This document shows, in pieces, positions 1-15,939 of a DNA stretch of 64,000 nt (within the stretch, counting starts at the first letter, position 1; every line of letters starts with the position of its first letter). Source of the DNA: the human T2T-CHM13v2.0 reference genome, Homo sapiens. The translations under genes were made by a program, and so were the position numbers. The stretch is taken from assembly GCF_009914755.1 (NCBI RefSeq), contig NC_060925.1; one strand, given 5' to 3'. The notes beneath the pieces were generated by a model, which was not told the origin of the DNA, did not search any database, and worked only from the letters and a program-made list of their open reading frames with translations.

Positions 1-230
1 CTGCAACCTTGACCTCCTGGGCTCAAGTGATCCTTCTGCCTCAGCCTTCCAAGTAGCTGGGACTATAGGCTCATGCCACTGTGCCTGGCTAATGTTTTAA
101 AAAAATTTTATGTAGAGACAGGATCTCTCTTTATTGCCCAGGCTGGTCTCAAACTCCTGGGCTCAGGCTATTCTCCCACCTCAGCCTCTCAAAGTGCTGG
201 GATTGCAGGTGTGAGCCACCGTGCCCAGCC
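1..230 (-). mobile_element. Alu (old, J-like), cut by the window start
   Basis: Antisense Alu consensus. Confidence 0.85.
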
Positions 231-264
231 CAACTGTGATTGTTTTAGAGAGAGAAAATTCTAG

Positions 265-605
<341 letters not shown>

Positions 606-2838
606 AACATTAGAATTCTAAAACAAGCCTCAGCTTGTCTCTGTGTTAATGGTCTTTTATAAATATTAGAAATGTTTATTTTGGTTCCCATTTTCTTCTT
701 TTGTGACCTTTGAGATTAGGAGTAAACTTTTCCCCTTCAATATACCATGTGTTCTTTAGTTATGGCATTATGCTTATATGTAGAATGTGATGTTTGTTAT
801 TATTGCATACAGATGTAACTACTACCTCAAATCCTCTCAGTTCTTTCTCTGAAAACAACTGTTCCACAGGATTTGTGAAATCCACATAGGGTTTACGTAT
901 TACTAGATACCAGTTGGGGTCTTGAAATCCTAATACACCAAACTAGATTTTTTCCTGGTGCAGGAAAATAGCAGTTCAGCTATGAATGCTTTTAGAATAG
1001 ACTTGCTGCTTATCTTTAGTACTGATGAATTTATTTAGCAAGAGCAGCAAAGACCACATGGATTATCACTCGTGAGACCATAAGAATGAGATTTCTTTGT
1101 ATAAGGTTTGTAATCTACTTATAATTAAAAGTTGTGATCATTATTTAGTGTTGGAAACTTTCTTATTGGTGTTGTTATATAAATCAGTCTTTAGTTAGGC
1201 AAATCCTAACTGTCCTGTCTTTTTATGCCATGATCAATAGCCAGATCTAATTAAGGTGCCACACCTACTTGATTGTTGGCATGTAGATATCTTGTTATGA
1301 AGTACTATCATTTCTTCCTTTTCCTCTTCTCTCTAGGCAAAACTACTATCCATTTATTCAAACATTTATTGAGCATCTACCATATGCAAGGCATTGTGTA
1401 ATTGCTTACTTGCCTCTCAGTTAATGAGGTAATGTTTATAAAATGTTGATCTCTTAGTGAATGATATTGTAAATGTTAATATGTGCTAAAAGCCCACCTT
1501 GGAACTTCACAGTGTTATACAGACTTTGTAGAAGAAAATGGGGGAGTAAATTGAAGTTACTGGTGTGTCTCCCCTTGAGACCTCCATGGTGAAATATATG
1601 ATGTTAGCCTTCCTAAAACCTGTATTGTGACCCTATATTAAAGCCAACTTGTGATTACATCATTTCAGGTGTCATGACCAAAGGTCAAAAAGAATCGTGC
1701 AAGATCAACCCAAAGGAAGAGTTGGGTCATAAAGAGATAATTCCTTTCAAGCATACATTGAGAAATCACCAACTGTGTCTTATTTCTTTCAATTTCTGGG
1801 GGAAAACATCTCTGGAAATGTAGGCCTCTAGTCACTATAGATCTTATACATTAAACCAGTTTGGCAGAGTTTAGCCTTTAAAAATTGTGTCATTTTCTTC
1901 AAACACCGATCACAAGTAACAATTTGCATGTGTACATCATTAGACCTAAGTATCAGCTAAAACACAAAGCAGTGCAGATCTTTTTACTATAGGAGGTAGT
2001 TGAGGATGCTGTTGATAGAAGTTCAGCAGTTGACTCAGAATACCAAGTAAGTCACCCAGAAGACAGTATTGGACTAAAACTAATATGGAGTGTAACATAA
2101 AGTTTGTGAACAGTTGAGACTTTATTAATTAGGTTTAAGTAAGACTCGGAGTTTGGAAATATTGGTCAAGGCTGTTTTTTAGTTATTGGGTTCATAGAAT
2201 CCTACCATAAAAATATAATTTATTTGTTTTTACAATTAATCTCTAATTTTTTTTTTAAGGTAAGGAAAACAAACTTAATAGGGAGAAGTTATGGAAGCAG
2301 AGTGCAAATAGGGCATTTAGAGGCAAACCATTTTGAGAGTCAGAACATGGGTGCTGGAGTTAGAGTGCCTAGGTTCAGATCCCCAGTCCCTGTTTGTTAG
2401 TAGTGTACCTTTGAGCAAATCATTTAACATTGAATGTGCCTCAATTTCTTTATCTGTATAATTGGGATAATAATAATAGTACTTCTAGGAGTGTTACAAG
2501 GGCAAAATGAGTTAAGATGTTTAGTAGTAGTGTCTGGCACCATGGTAAGCACTCAATAAATATACCATTATTATTATTATCTCAAACTGTATTATTTAGC
2601 TCTTTGCTTTTCCTGTCTTTTCCCCTCCTTCCTTTAATCCATTTCAGTGCTTATTCTGCTGACTTTTCACACATCTGGTACAAGCTTTGATAGAGAAGAG
2701 GCTCAGCTATCTAAAATGAGAATCTAGATTATTCACAAGTTTTATTTTCTCATGTTGTTGTCTTGTACTTTTAGCCAGGATAATTATTTTGACTGCATTT
2801 AATCTATTCTTTTTCTTCTATTATAAATGAAGTTTTGA

Positions 2839-3078
<240 letters not shown>

Positions 3079-3353
3079 TAAAAAGCCTGTCTAATGTAGC
3101 CAGGAAATGGAAAATAACTTATTAGGAAGATTATCTGCATCCATTTCCTCATTCAACCAAAACTTAGTATCTTTAATTTTTTTGATCTGTGCCCTATTAC
3201 TCTAAAAAAGATGTTATAGCCACCTTGAGTATGTGGAAAGGATGTTAGCCAGCCCTTCCTCCTACCTCCTCTCCCCCAAAAATTACAAAAATGAGGACTG
3301 ACACTCAACTTTATCTTATTGGTGTTTGACTTATTTCCGTGAATGCCATTTAG

Positions 3354-3608
<255 letters not shown>

Positions 3609-3857
3609 TGAAAGATTTTATTGGAGGTACACATCTTACTTAGATCAACACTTTGGTGGCATTCATAAAACTGCCTTTTTTTTTTTAATGATTGATTGGG
3701 AGAGTATTCAGTGGTAGTGGCATTGGCATTAAGCCTGTGATTAAAAGCCCCTAAGTCAAGAGTGCCATATCAGACACAATTGAGTTTTCTGTGTTTATTT
3801 TAAATTTCTATCTTCATTTTTTGAGGAAAATACAAAAGGAGAAAAAGTAAATTTGGG

Positions 3858-3980
3858 AGCTGGGCATGGTGGCTATAATTCTAGCTACTTGGAAGCTTGA
3901 GGCAGGAGGATCATTTGAGCCCAAGAGTTTGAGATCAGTCTAGGCAACATAGTGACACCCCCCTGCCTCACAAAAAATAA
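3858..3980 (+). mobile_element. FLAM / Alu monomer
   Basis: Monomeric Alu consensus with short A-tail. Confidence 0.7.
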
Positions 3981-4813
3981 AGTAAAATTTGGTATATGTT
4001 GAAGAAAATACAAGGGTAAATTTTAATCATTGTGCCCAAGAGACTGACATGTAGTTGCAGAGAGACATAAATAATTTTATTATAGTGTTTAATTGCACAT
4101 AAATAATTTTATTATAGTGTAAAATATGCATTAATAGAAGTGGAATAGAAGTGGTTACTTCTGATGGGGTCACTGTAGTCTTTTTCTAGAGCTACTAAGA
4201 GGATGAAATAGAAATCATCAGGCAGACGGGAATAAAAGCATTTTAGAAAAGAGGAATTGCATATATGAGAATATGGAGGTAGGAAAATGGTATGACCAGT
4301 TGTGGAACCCAGAAGGAATTTGGTATTACTAGAGTTTACAGTGGCAGGGAAGAAGTGGTTGGAGAGATGGTCAGAGATCAACTCATGGAGGGCCTTATAT
4401 CTCATGCTGAGACGATGATCAGTTAAAGGTTTAATATCCTACCATGATCCATATCATGGGGTGCATGATATAGAAGAAACTGTGCTTGAGAAAGATTATG
4501 CAATAAATAATAAAGATAGATAGTAGGGGATTTGAATTAGTAAGAACTCAGGATGGAAATAAAAACTTTTGATGGGGATTAAGGGATATATCATAGAACC
4601 CAAGGGCAAGAATGGACAGGTCTTAGAATGGAATTAGAACTAGGAAATAATTGTCAGGAACCCTGGAAGCACTCTTTATCCCCATCTTTTTTCTCTCCTC
4701 TCTGTGTATCTTTTTTATTATTCTTTCTTTCCTAACCAGCTTTCTCTGCTATTCAGTTTATGTGATAACAGCCTAGTCACAGTTTCTGTATCTCTGGTAA
4801 AAAGATCAGACTA

Positions 4814-5163
<350 letters not shown>

Positions 5164-5327
5164 TTAAGTCAGGCAGAAATCTGTAGGCCAATCAGTTGAG
5201 GTCAGGGGCACAAATGTAACTGCCAGGGATGGATCACTATGAAACTTATAGATCAGAATCAGGTATTTCCAGAGAAGGGGAACTCTTATTAGCAGAGACA
5301 CTGTAAATGCTTTCTATAATAAAGTGA

Positions 5328-5634
<307 letters not shown>

Positions 5635-6319
5635 GTGAAGGGGTAAAGCAGGGGTAAGGAAGTGGGAAGAGTCAGAGGTACTCCCAGGTTTCTGTCTTGG
5701 ATGCTGGTGCTGTGACCTGAATTCATGTATAGGAATGTTGATTTTTAATTATTCATAGAACGTTGAAATAATATCTCATGGACAGTTATATTCGAGGTTG
5801 AGGAGAGGTTGGGGTTTGAGATCATCAGTAGTGAAAACATGGAAATGGGTGAAATGACCTATGGAGATAATATTATAGAATGAGGAGAAAAAGGACCACA
5901 GGTAGAACGAGAGAGAATAGCAGCCTCTATTGGCAGGAGAGGAAGAAAGATATCATAACCAAAAGGAGAGGTTAAAAAGTGAGTTGATTAAATATTTCAG
6001 TCAACAGTGTTATCTGCAGATAAGTAAGATACATACTGAAAAAGAGCCTTTGGAGTTAACAGTTAGGAGGTCGTTGACCTGCTGTTGAGAGCAGTGTCAG
6101 TGGAAAGTTGAGTACAGTGAGTTACAGAATGGAAAGTGAAGAAAGAAGACAAGTGTAGACTACTCTTGAGCAACGTGGGTTTAAAGGGAAAGGAGAGATT
6201 TAAGAATGTTTATAGGCTGAGGGCTAAGATCCTATAAGCAAAAGAGATACATTAAAAAACAGATGTAATTGAAGGAGCAAGATTTGCAAGCAGGTGGGAA
6301 AAAAGGAATTAAGAGTCTA

Positions 6320-6710
6320 GGTAGGATAAATGGATAAACAAATTGTGTTATATACATACAATGAATATTACTTACCCAAGAAAAGGAATAATAATAGATG
6401 GTACAACTTGTATGAAACTCAAAACACTGTGCTAAGTAAAAGAGGCCAATACTTCTATTATATGATATATCCAAAATAGGGCAATTTCTGTCCATAGAGA
6501 CAGAAAGAATATTAGTGGTTATGAGAAGTGGGAGAATGGGAAGAAAAGGGAGTGATTACTTAATGGGAATAGGGTGTTGAAAAAGTTTTGTCACTAGAGA
6601 GAGGTGGTGATTGCATAACATTGTGAATACACTAAGTGCCACAGAATTGTACACTTTAAAATGGTTAAATATCTGTTATGTTAATTTTCCTCAATAATTT
6701 TTTTAAAAGA
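6320..6710 (+). mobile_element. Old L1M 3' end fragment
   Basis: atggataaacaaattgtg...gtacactttaaaatggttaa motifs. Confidence 0.7.
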
Positions 6711-7296
6711 GTATAGGTAGAGCAATTGATTTTTGAGCAAGAAGTAAGACACCTCTAAGACCAGAAGTACAAATAAGTGCAGATATGTAACATTTTGAGT
6801 GAGGTGGTAGGCCAAAAAGTTGAGATGTAGTTTAATCCTCATGGCCTCTGTTTTATCAAGGAAGTTGGAAATGTGGTTACCTGTTCAGAGTAAAGAACAG
6901 AGGGAGGTGAGAATAAGGTGAGTTTATAGAAAGCAACCAAGTTTTAGGATTGGGGGAGAGAGATGTAAGACAAGTAAAATAATTGGCATTAATGTTGAAG
7001 GCCCAGCTTAGAGTCTTCACACAAAGCAAAGAGCCTTTAATATCATTTCCATTTTCTTTGTTGTTGTTAACTTCCAAGCCTATCCTCCATTGTCTTCATT
7101 CTGTGTACAGATTCTTACGGTCCTTATTTGCCAGGTATTATTATCTGTTCCTAGCAGACAAAATTCACTTTTCACTCATCTGCCTCCTTTAATTTACAGA
7201 GGTTGTTTTCCAGATTTTAAGAACCTGCTTCAAGCACCTACAAAGCTGTTTTCCTTCAGTTCTTTAAATATTTTAATTAATATTCTTTTCCTTTCC

Positions 7297-7578
7297 TTTT
7301 TTTTTTTTGAGACAGTGTCTTGCTCTGTCTCCCAGACAGAAATGCAGTGGCATGATCTCGGCTCACTGCAACCTCCACCTCCCAGATTCAAGTGCTTCTT
7401 GTGCCTCAGCTCTACTACAGGTGCCCACCACCAGGCCTAGCTAATGATTTTTTGATTTTTAGTAGAGATGTGGTTTCACTAAGTTAGCCAGGCTGGTGTT
7501 GAACTCCTGACCTCAAGCGATCCACCTGCTGCGGCCCCCAAAGTGCAGGGATTACAGATGTGAGCCACCGCACCCAGC
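7297..7578 (-). mobile_element. Alu
   Basis: Antisense Alu consensus. Confidence 0.88.
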
Positions 7579-8019
7579 TCCTTTTTTCTTAAGCTCCGTT
7601 TTGTTACCTGGTCTTCTTTATATCTTTGTTATTGATATTTTTGTTATGCTTCACGTTACTGAAAATAGCCTGTAGTTTATTGGAATAATGAATTGTCTTT
7701 GTTGCGTTTCCCTGGCTTTATAGCCAGTTTCTAAGGCTACTCTAAAGGTTCTATAAGTAGACAAGATGGTGTAAAAAGCAGGTGATTTAAGGGTATTAAT
7801 TACAAATATTGTTGAGACAGGCTTTGCTTTTGGTTCCTGTCACCTTTCTTTTTGTAAAAAATAAGAGCTTCATTGAGATATAATTGGGAAACCCTAAAAT
7901 TCACTCTTTTAAAGTGTATTGCTTTTCCTTATTTAAATTATTACCTTAAGGCTTTGAAGCTAAACCTCTTTAAAACTGTGGAATGATTTTGAAAAGAACA
8001 ATTTACCTTGTTGAATTCC

Positions 8020-8248
8020 TTTTTTTTTTTGTTTTAATACAAACAATCCCATAGCGTTTATTGCCATCTTTTAGTAACATAAGGGTAATCAAAACACTAT
8101 GAATGAATGTTCATATTGGAAAAAGGACATCTAAAAGCAAACTGTATCCTTCTCAACAATTTCTCACTTCATTGATCCTTTCTAGTTGGAGACACTTTGT
8201 AGCAGAGTAATATTATCTCCTTTTAGCATGATCCGACCCAGTTGTTTT
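8020..8248 (-). pseudogene. SNRPE (SmE) processed mRNA 3' fragment with poly(A), fused to the U6 copy
   Basis: 8247-8182 on - translates KQLGRIMLKGDNITLLQSVSN*, the SmE C-terminus; AATAAA at 8062-8057; A-tail 8030-8020. Confidence 0.9.
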
Positions 8249-8250
8249 AA

Positions 8251-8356
8251 AAAATATGGAACGCTTCACGAATTTGTGTGTCATCCTTGCGCGGGGACTG
8301 TGCTAATCTTTTCTGTATTGTTCCAATTTTAGTACATGTGCTACCAAAGCAAGCAC
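8251..8356 (-). pseudogene. RNU6V: Full-length U6 snRNA variant copy, 5' part of a U6-SNRPE chimeric retrocopy
   Basis: Reverse complement reads GTGCTTGCTTTGGTAGCAC...GCGTTCCATATTTT; about 11 substitutions in 106 nt versus canonical U6. Confidence 0.93.
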
Positions 8357-8736
8357 TACCCTGTTGAATTTTTATTCCAAGATCACTCCAAGGAACACAG
8401 CCTCTCTCAGACCTTTTAAGCAGTTGTGTTCCCTAGAAATGCACCTTCCTACTTTCCTAGTTTCCTTTTATACTTTCTAGATTTTTTTAGCTGAAAAGTC
8501 TAAATGAAAAGGTAAAGAGAAATTTAACGTTATGTTTTCCTCAATCTTTGTGTTTGATGATTTTATTTTGTTACCATGAGAGTCCACTCTCACGAAGAAC
8601 CTAATTATAGAAACACCTAATGATTATAGAAATAGAGAATTCTACTCATATTTAATTGGGTTATGTTCCCTCTCCATAAGTAAATGGTAATGGTCTGACT
8701 TAGTTGAGTTCAGGCAGCTGTTACAATTTGAACTGA

Positions 8737-8949
<213 letters not shown>

Positions 8950-11363
8950 GAAGCATGGATGTTAGTGAAAGGTAAAGTTTCATACAAGGTAGTTATAGTG
9001 CTACAGTGATGTCTCTTGGTTTTTAAACTTTTTCTAATTAAGAATATTCTTCTCTTCTAGTTACTACAGTGTGGAGTGTTGAGACCAGACACCTTTTGCT
9101 GTCTCATGGGGCAGCTACAAGCATGAACGGGACCAGGGAATGGCAGCAGCATGCAGAATCTTAGCACTCTTTAGCACAATATTTTGTATTAGGGAACTTT
9201 TAATTGACATGAGATGCTAAAGTCAGACATTGGAATTGGAAGAACTATAAAGTGTGATTCGATCGTCAAGACATCACTTGGATTTCTTAATCTTAAATGC
9301 TTATGGAAGATGTGAAGTTGAGGTGCTGCATTCTAGAACTTCAATATGTAGCTTACTCTTTTTTTCCCCCCTTCTTAAACCACCAGTGGTTCATTTTTAA
9401 GGTTTTTTCATCAAGAGAAGAATAACTTTACTAAATTTTATTTCTTTATTTGCAAAAGAATCTTTATTAAAACAAACAATCTTAACTATGCACATGATGT
9501 GACCAGATCATCTTGAAAATATTCCTCTTTAGTAGGAACTCTTTGTTTTTAACTCTTGGTATGGTCAGAATATAATACTTCCATAATTACTTATAATTCT
9601 TTCCGGTTACTGGGGCTATAAATACAACTTTTTAAATGAAATTTATGTTATTATCCTGCTCAAAGTACCATTATGGTTTCCATATGGTAATTACATTGGA
9701 AAGTTCTGCAATAAGATTCTAGTTCTCTCTTTTCTTTAAGCTTATGGTTGAAGGTTAACCTTGTTTGTGCAGATTACCAAATTACTGCTGATGTAGTATG
9801 ATAAAGTCAGCTTCTTGGATACAGACACACCCAGGGCAGCTGCCAATCAGAAATGCAAATTGCTAAATTCCAAACAGAACCAGTGACTTTGCTGCTACAT
9901 ATTTACTAAATTGACCACTTTGATTCTTGCTTGTTTGTCTCAGTTATAGGGAGTTTTGTACATGGTGCCTCTTGTTTTCCATCTTCATGGCCTTTTCTGT
10001 TGAGAAACATCTAAAGTGTATTAACAGTGCATGCTTTTACTTTGTAAATGTGGTGCCAAATCCCTGTTTGCCATCGTTTTTACTGTACCGATGTTAACTG
10101 TAGTAATCCTTAGCCAGTATGTTCTTTTGCTGAAACTGTTGCATTTTGGGACTTTTTTCCACTTTGTCATGTGTACATTTTTAATCTGTTATAGTTGGCG
10201 GCAGTATTAAAATGGTGAGTAAAGAGCCCAGGTTTGCTCCTGTTTGTAACTAGTCTTTTCTGGAAATACTGTCTTCTGTTTCCTTTTGCCTTTGCAGAAT
10301 GTGCTTTAGCCTTTGTCTGAGAATGGGTTTAGGTAGAAGGGTTTCCTGAAAGTCTAGTCTTTTGGTGTAATAGTATTGTTGAACCTTAGGTTTTATGTTA
10401 TATCTGCATATGAGTGATATGTGATCATGATTCATTTTGCAGATTTACATTTTGCTTGTGTGGAAAGTTACGTTCACTTCAACCTACAGACCCTTTTGTA
10501 TAATGTACAGCAAATGTCATTAAATATTGAATGCTCTATTGGGGGAAGACAAATGAAGAGAATGCATTTTGAGCATTTCAAATCAGTAGTTTGGGCAGTG
10601 CCTTTTGGGGTCCAATCTTTTTGGATTGGATTCTATTTCATCTTTTGATGTGACTTTTCACTAGTTTACAAAAAAAAGGTTGGTGGTCAACAAAAAAAGC
10701 AAGTCATAGCAGTTCAGTGCCTTTGTTGGTAGTTTTTAACTTTTTTTGTGATTCTTTTTGGAAAATCATAGCTTACAGATGGTATAACTGTATTATATAA
10801 TGGAATTTTCTTTAGGTGTGGGAAAACTTGATCTGAAAGAAAATTATCAGCTTCAATTGGCGATTGATTCAGTGCCCACAATGTAAACAGGGTTGGTAGT
10901 TGTTACTCATTTTGAATATACCTTTTCCTTATTGTATTCTGTAATATAGGATCCTGGAAATGAGACCTGGTGGAATATTATTTTCAACTGTAGTCTTTCT
11001 ATACTGTGGACTAATGAAATGGTGTTGTTGATAAATCTAAAATAACCAATAATCCAAAAAAGTTCATTTTACTTTGAATTTGTATTTTCATTTGAATATC
11101 TATCTGATATGTTAAATTTTTAGCCCTTCTGTTAAAGAAAAATAGCAGGTCCCCATTTTTCTGCCTCTGTACCATTTACATTTGCTCTCTGTTTGTTAAC
11201 ATGAAGATCACTCTTATTTCACCATCCCAAATAACTTATCTAAATGCACATTCCTTGAGGACACAGGGAGACAATTTAAGTCAGTAGTTTTTAATATGAC
11301 TTAAGTAAAAATCACTTGGACCCATCTAAGGGATTGACTTTTGGCTGGTGGGCTGGCAATCGA

Positions 11364-11652
11364 TTTTTTTTTTTTTTTTTTTTTTTGAGACGGAGTCTCG
11401 CTCTGTCGCCCAGGCTGGAGTGCAGTGGCGCGATCTCGGCTTATTGCAAGCTCTGCCTCCCGGGTTCATGCTATTCTCCTGCTGGGACTACCAGGTTCCT
11501 GCCACCACGCCCAGCTAATTTTTTTGTATGTCTTAGTAGAGACGGGGTTTAACCGTGTTAGCCAGGATGGTCTTGATCCCCTGACCTCGTGATCTGCCTG
11601 CCTCAGCCTCCCAAAGTGCTGGGATTACAGGCGTGAGCCACCGCACCTGGCT
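11364..11652 (-). mobile_element. Alu (Y/Sc-like), TSD ctggcaat
   Basis: Long poly-T plus antisense dimer. Confidence 0.9.
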
Positions 11653-13054
11653 GGCAATTTATAATTTTTAAAAGGTGATTCTGATTACCAGCCAGGCTTG
11701 CAAATCACTGGTTTGTATTGAAATAAAAGATATTTTCTTGTAGCAGGGCTAAAATGTGGGATGAAACATTAAATCTACTAGCCTGAAAAAAAACTTTGGC
11801 ATTTGTAATCAAAGAAGCTGAAAGTTGCCTTGTGTGTTTCCTCTGAAGAATGCTGGAGATTTGTGATGGATAATGTTTCAGAATTCAGGTGCCTATGCTT
11901 TGGACCATCAAAGAAGCCATTAGTCTCTGTGTAAAGAAGAAGTATTCTTAATGGACAGTCCCCCCTAACCTTATAAATTCAGCTTTGCAACAGATTTCAC
12001 CTCCTAGCATGAAAATTCCAAAAACTTTAACAATTACTCATAAGTGGATCTTGAGATGACATTTTCATCTTGGACAGTTTGAATTCTAAATCTCTAGTTC
12101 ACAGTGAATCGTTTTTTAAATTTTTACTGATGGATCGTTATTTTTCACAAGGTACTACATTCTTACAATGTAAGACTAGATGGACCAAAATTTTAAAAAA
12201 AACTTCTTGCCTTGTTTTTTTAATTTTCATATATATTCTATTTGTTGTATATACACATTAGACTATTTTAAAATAACAGCTGGTTTTTGTAATTCATTCA
12301 TTCACCCTATATTCTTATATTCTGCTCATTATTCTCTCATTTATAGCTGTGACATTCTTTGGACATTACTTGCCTGGCCTGATTAGTTACTTAATATAAT
12401 TTATTCATTTGCTTAGCATGTGTGACATAGTTCTGGAATTTCCTGTTGCAGAACTCCTTGCTGTATTGCAGTCATATATAAGGTAAAGTCAGTCTCTTGT
12501 TCCTATTAAAAAGCTACCATTGATTATTTTCCCTTTTTACATGTTCAAAAAAAAAAAAATAAGCAACCCTCTACTCATTTGTATAAACCTAAAACGTCAC
12601 TGTTTTCCTTGAGCGTTAGTACTTGTGGGATCTTTCCTTTTCATGTGTAATACTGATTTTAAGAGCAATGATCTTAGTTTGCCAGTGCCAGGTAATTATT
12701 GTGTTCTACTTTAGGCTTCGTAGTGCAAATCAGGGATCTGACCTGGATCAGCCTCAGCTCTTTACATAGCTTTATGATCATCATATTTTGTTGTATTGCT
12801 CCCAACAAGCACAAGAGAAAAAGGCAGGCTTCCTAGAGACCTCAAGTTGAAAGTTGATTTTGCTGACAACTATCAGGGAGTAAAAGAAAGCCTTTTTCAG
12901 GCACTGGAGAACTAACTTTAATGATGATCAAGGTCTTTATGCCTTTATCTTTTAGTTTTTAAGATCATTTCTCTCCCTCCTTTCCCCCCAGTTTTCTCAA
13001 CATTTATGAGTTAGTTCTGCTGAGAACAACATACTTCAGAACATGTCAGGATAG

Positions 13055-13385
<331 letters not shown>

Positions 13386-13639
13386 TGATACCATATCAGG
13401 CCTAGGCCTGGGCTGACTCAAATCTTCTCAGGAATAAGAGGTAAGAAGGAATGTTAAACAGCAGTAGTTACCTGGGGTACATGGTTAATTTGATTTAGCA
13501 GATTCTTTGGCTAAACCCTAGTAAATTAAAATGTCTGAGCCAGGTCATGGGAATATACATGTTTTTAATACATTCCTTAGGTGATTTTGATGTAGCCAAT
13601 CTGGGCCAACATTTGGGGACAACTGAGTAGGACCTAATA

Positions 13640-14299
<660 letters not shown>

Positions 14300-15608
14300 T
14301 TAAAGTGCCTTCCACCAAGAAAATTATTGAAAACTGTTGGGTCACATAACATTCCTACACTTTGGATACAGAGTATTTAGTTTTATACAAAATTAAGACA
14401 ACAAGAAACCTAGGATGTCCAAACATTCATTTCATTTATTTTACTGCATTTATTTATGCAGTGAAAATTGAAAGATACACCAAATTAAAGATAAAACCCT
14501 GTGACAGATAACAGTATATGTAATAACATGAATATTTATTTACACTTGGTAGAGAAAGCAAAGCTAGCTAGCTCTAAACTAGAATGAAAGTCGTTTTGAA
14601 ATGGGTACGGGGGTATATAAGGGGAATGATTGAGTCACATGTAAAAGCCTTTGTATGCCCAGTGCTAGTGTTTTCCTGAAATCTAGTGAGAATCACAAGG
14701 TACCAGAAATAATCAAATAATAAATATTAATACACTGCTGGGATAGAAGTATCTCAGTGTACCAGCATTCACTAAGCTATAAAATCTGTGACAGCAGGAA
14801 TATTAAATTATGAACAACCTGGTTTATCTGTCTCCTCTTATCTTTTACCTCTCCCTACGCCCAAAATTCTCCTTAGGTTATCCAGACATTTTTACTAAGA
14901 TGCTTATTTATATGTAAGAGAGATTTCCAGTAGATACAACAAAACACAAGAAATCACCTGTTCTGTTTATTCTTGCTCATGTAGGATAAAGGTCCTGAGA
15001 CCTCTCAGAATCTTACGAGGTTGGAGAGTTGTTTGGAATGCTGGGTTCTGGTCTTGTCTCTGCTTCCAACTAGCTATGGAATCTTGTGTATTCTTTCAGT
15101 CTTAAATCACTCATCTGTTATCTAAAGATGGACTAAATTATTCCTTCCTGCTGTGATATTCTGTGGTTCTCATCAGATAGAAATAACATATTTGAAAATG
15201 CTTTGTAAATGTTATGATACTCAGGATTATACTGCACAGAAAAAAAAAAATCCTAAGGCAGCACCAACAAAGGTATTCAACGTAGTGGGTGGTCTTTTAC
15301 AGCATTACTTTGCCCATATTCATTTTGAAGACCTGAAATGAAGTTGAACTATAAATTGCTCTAAAATTCGTGAAGCAGGGTGAAAAGGTCTTTGCTTTGT
15401 TTTACATTTAAATCCAGCTGTCTATTTTCTGCTTATACTAGTGCTTTTTCATGGCAAAAAGACAGAAAAGTTCCCTTCTGCAGTCTCCAGTGTCTTCTGA
15501 CCTCACAGAAATGTTTTCATGCTTTTACCTAGCAGGACCACCAGAGGCTCTGTCACACTTGCAGTCCCTGGCCCAACACCGAAATCCTTCTGGAATCTGT
15601 GCTCTGGG

Positions 15609-15683
15609 GGCTGTGCCGGGTAGAGAGGGCAGTGGGAGGTAAGAGCTCTTCACCCTTCACCACCTTCTCCACCCAGCATGGCC
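15609..15683 (+). ncRNA. MIR197: pre-miR-197 hairpin (5p 15617-15639; 3p 15656-15677)
   Basis: Contains CGGGTAGAGAGGGCAGTGGGAGG and TTCACCACCTTCTCCACCCAGC; basal stem TGTGCCGG/CCGGCACA. Confidence 0.95.
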
Positions 15684-15939
15684 GGCACACTTTGGTCTAC
15701 GGCACATCTCCAAGTATAGAGTGGGTTTTGAATGCTGTTATGTCTCACCGTGGGGATGGGAAGGAATACTCTGTTTTGGACTATTTGGAGGTACATGTGA
15801 GTGGATTTTATTACCAGAGTAGGAACTGTTTCAAGTTAATGTGTCTTTTATGTTGCTTTTAAGACAACTTTTGTGCCGCTTTTATCCATTCTTCCTTTTA
15901 TCCACAGAAATACAAATTTCTAATTATAGTATATTTTTT

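Noticed and set aside
8251-8356. Canonical functional RNU6 gene
   Set aside because: About 10% divergence, mutated ACAGAGA box, retroposition hallmarks and no evident upstream TATA.
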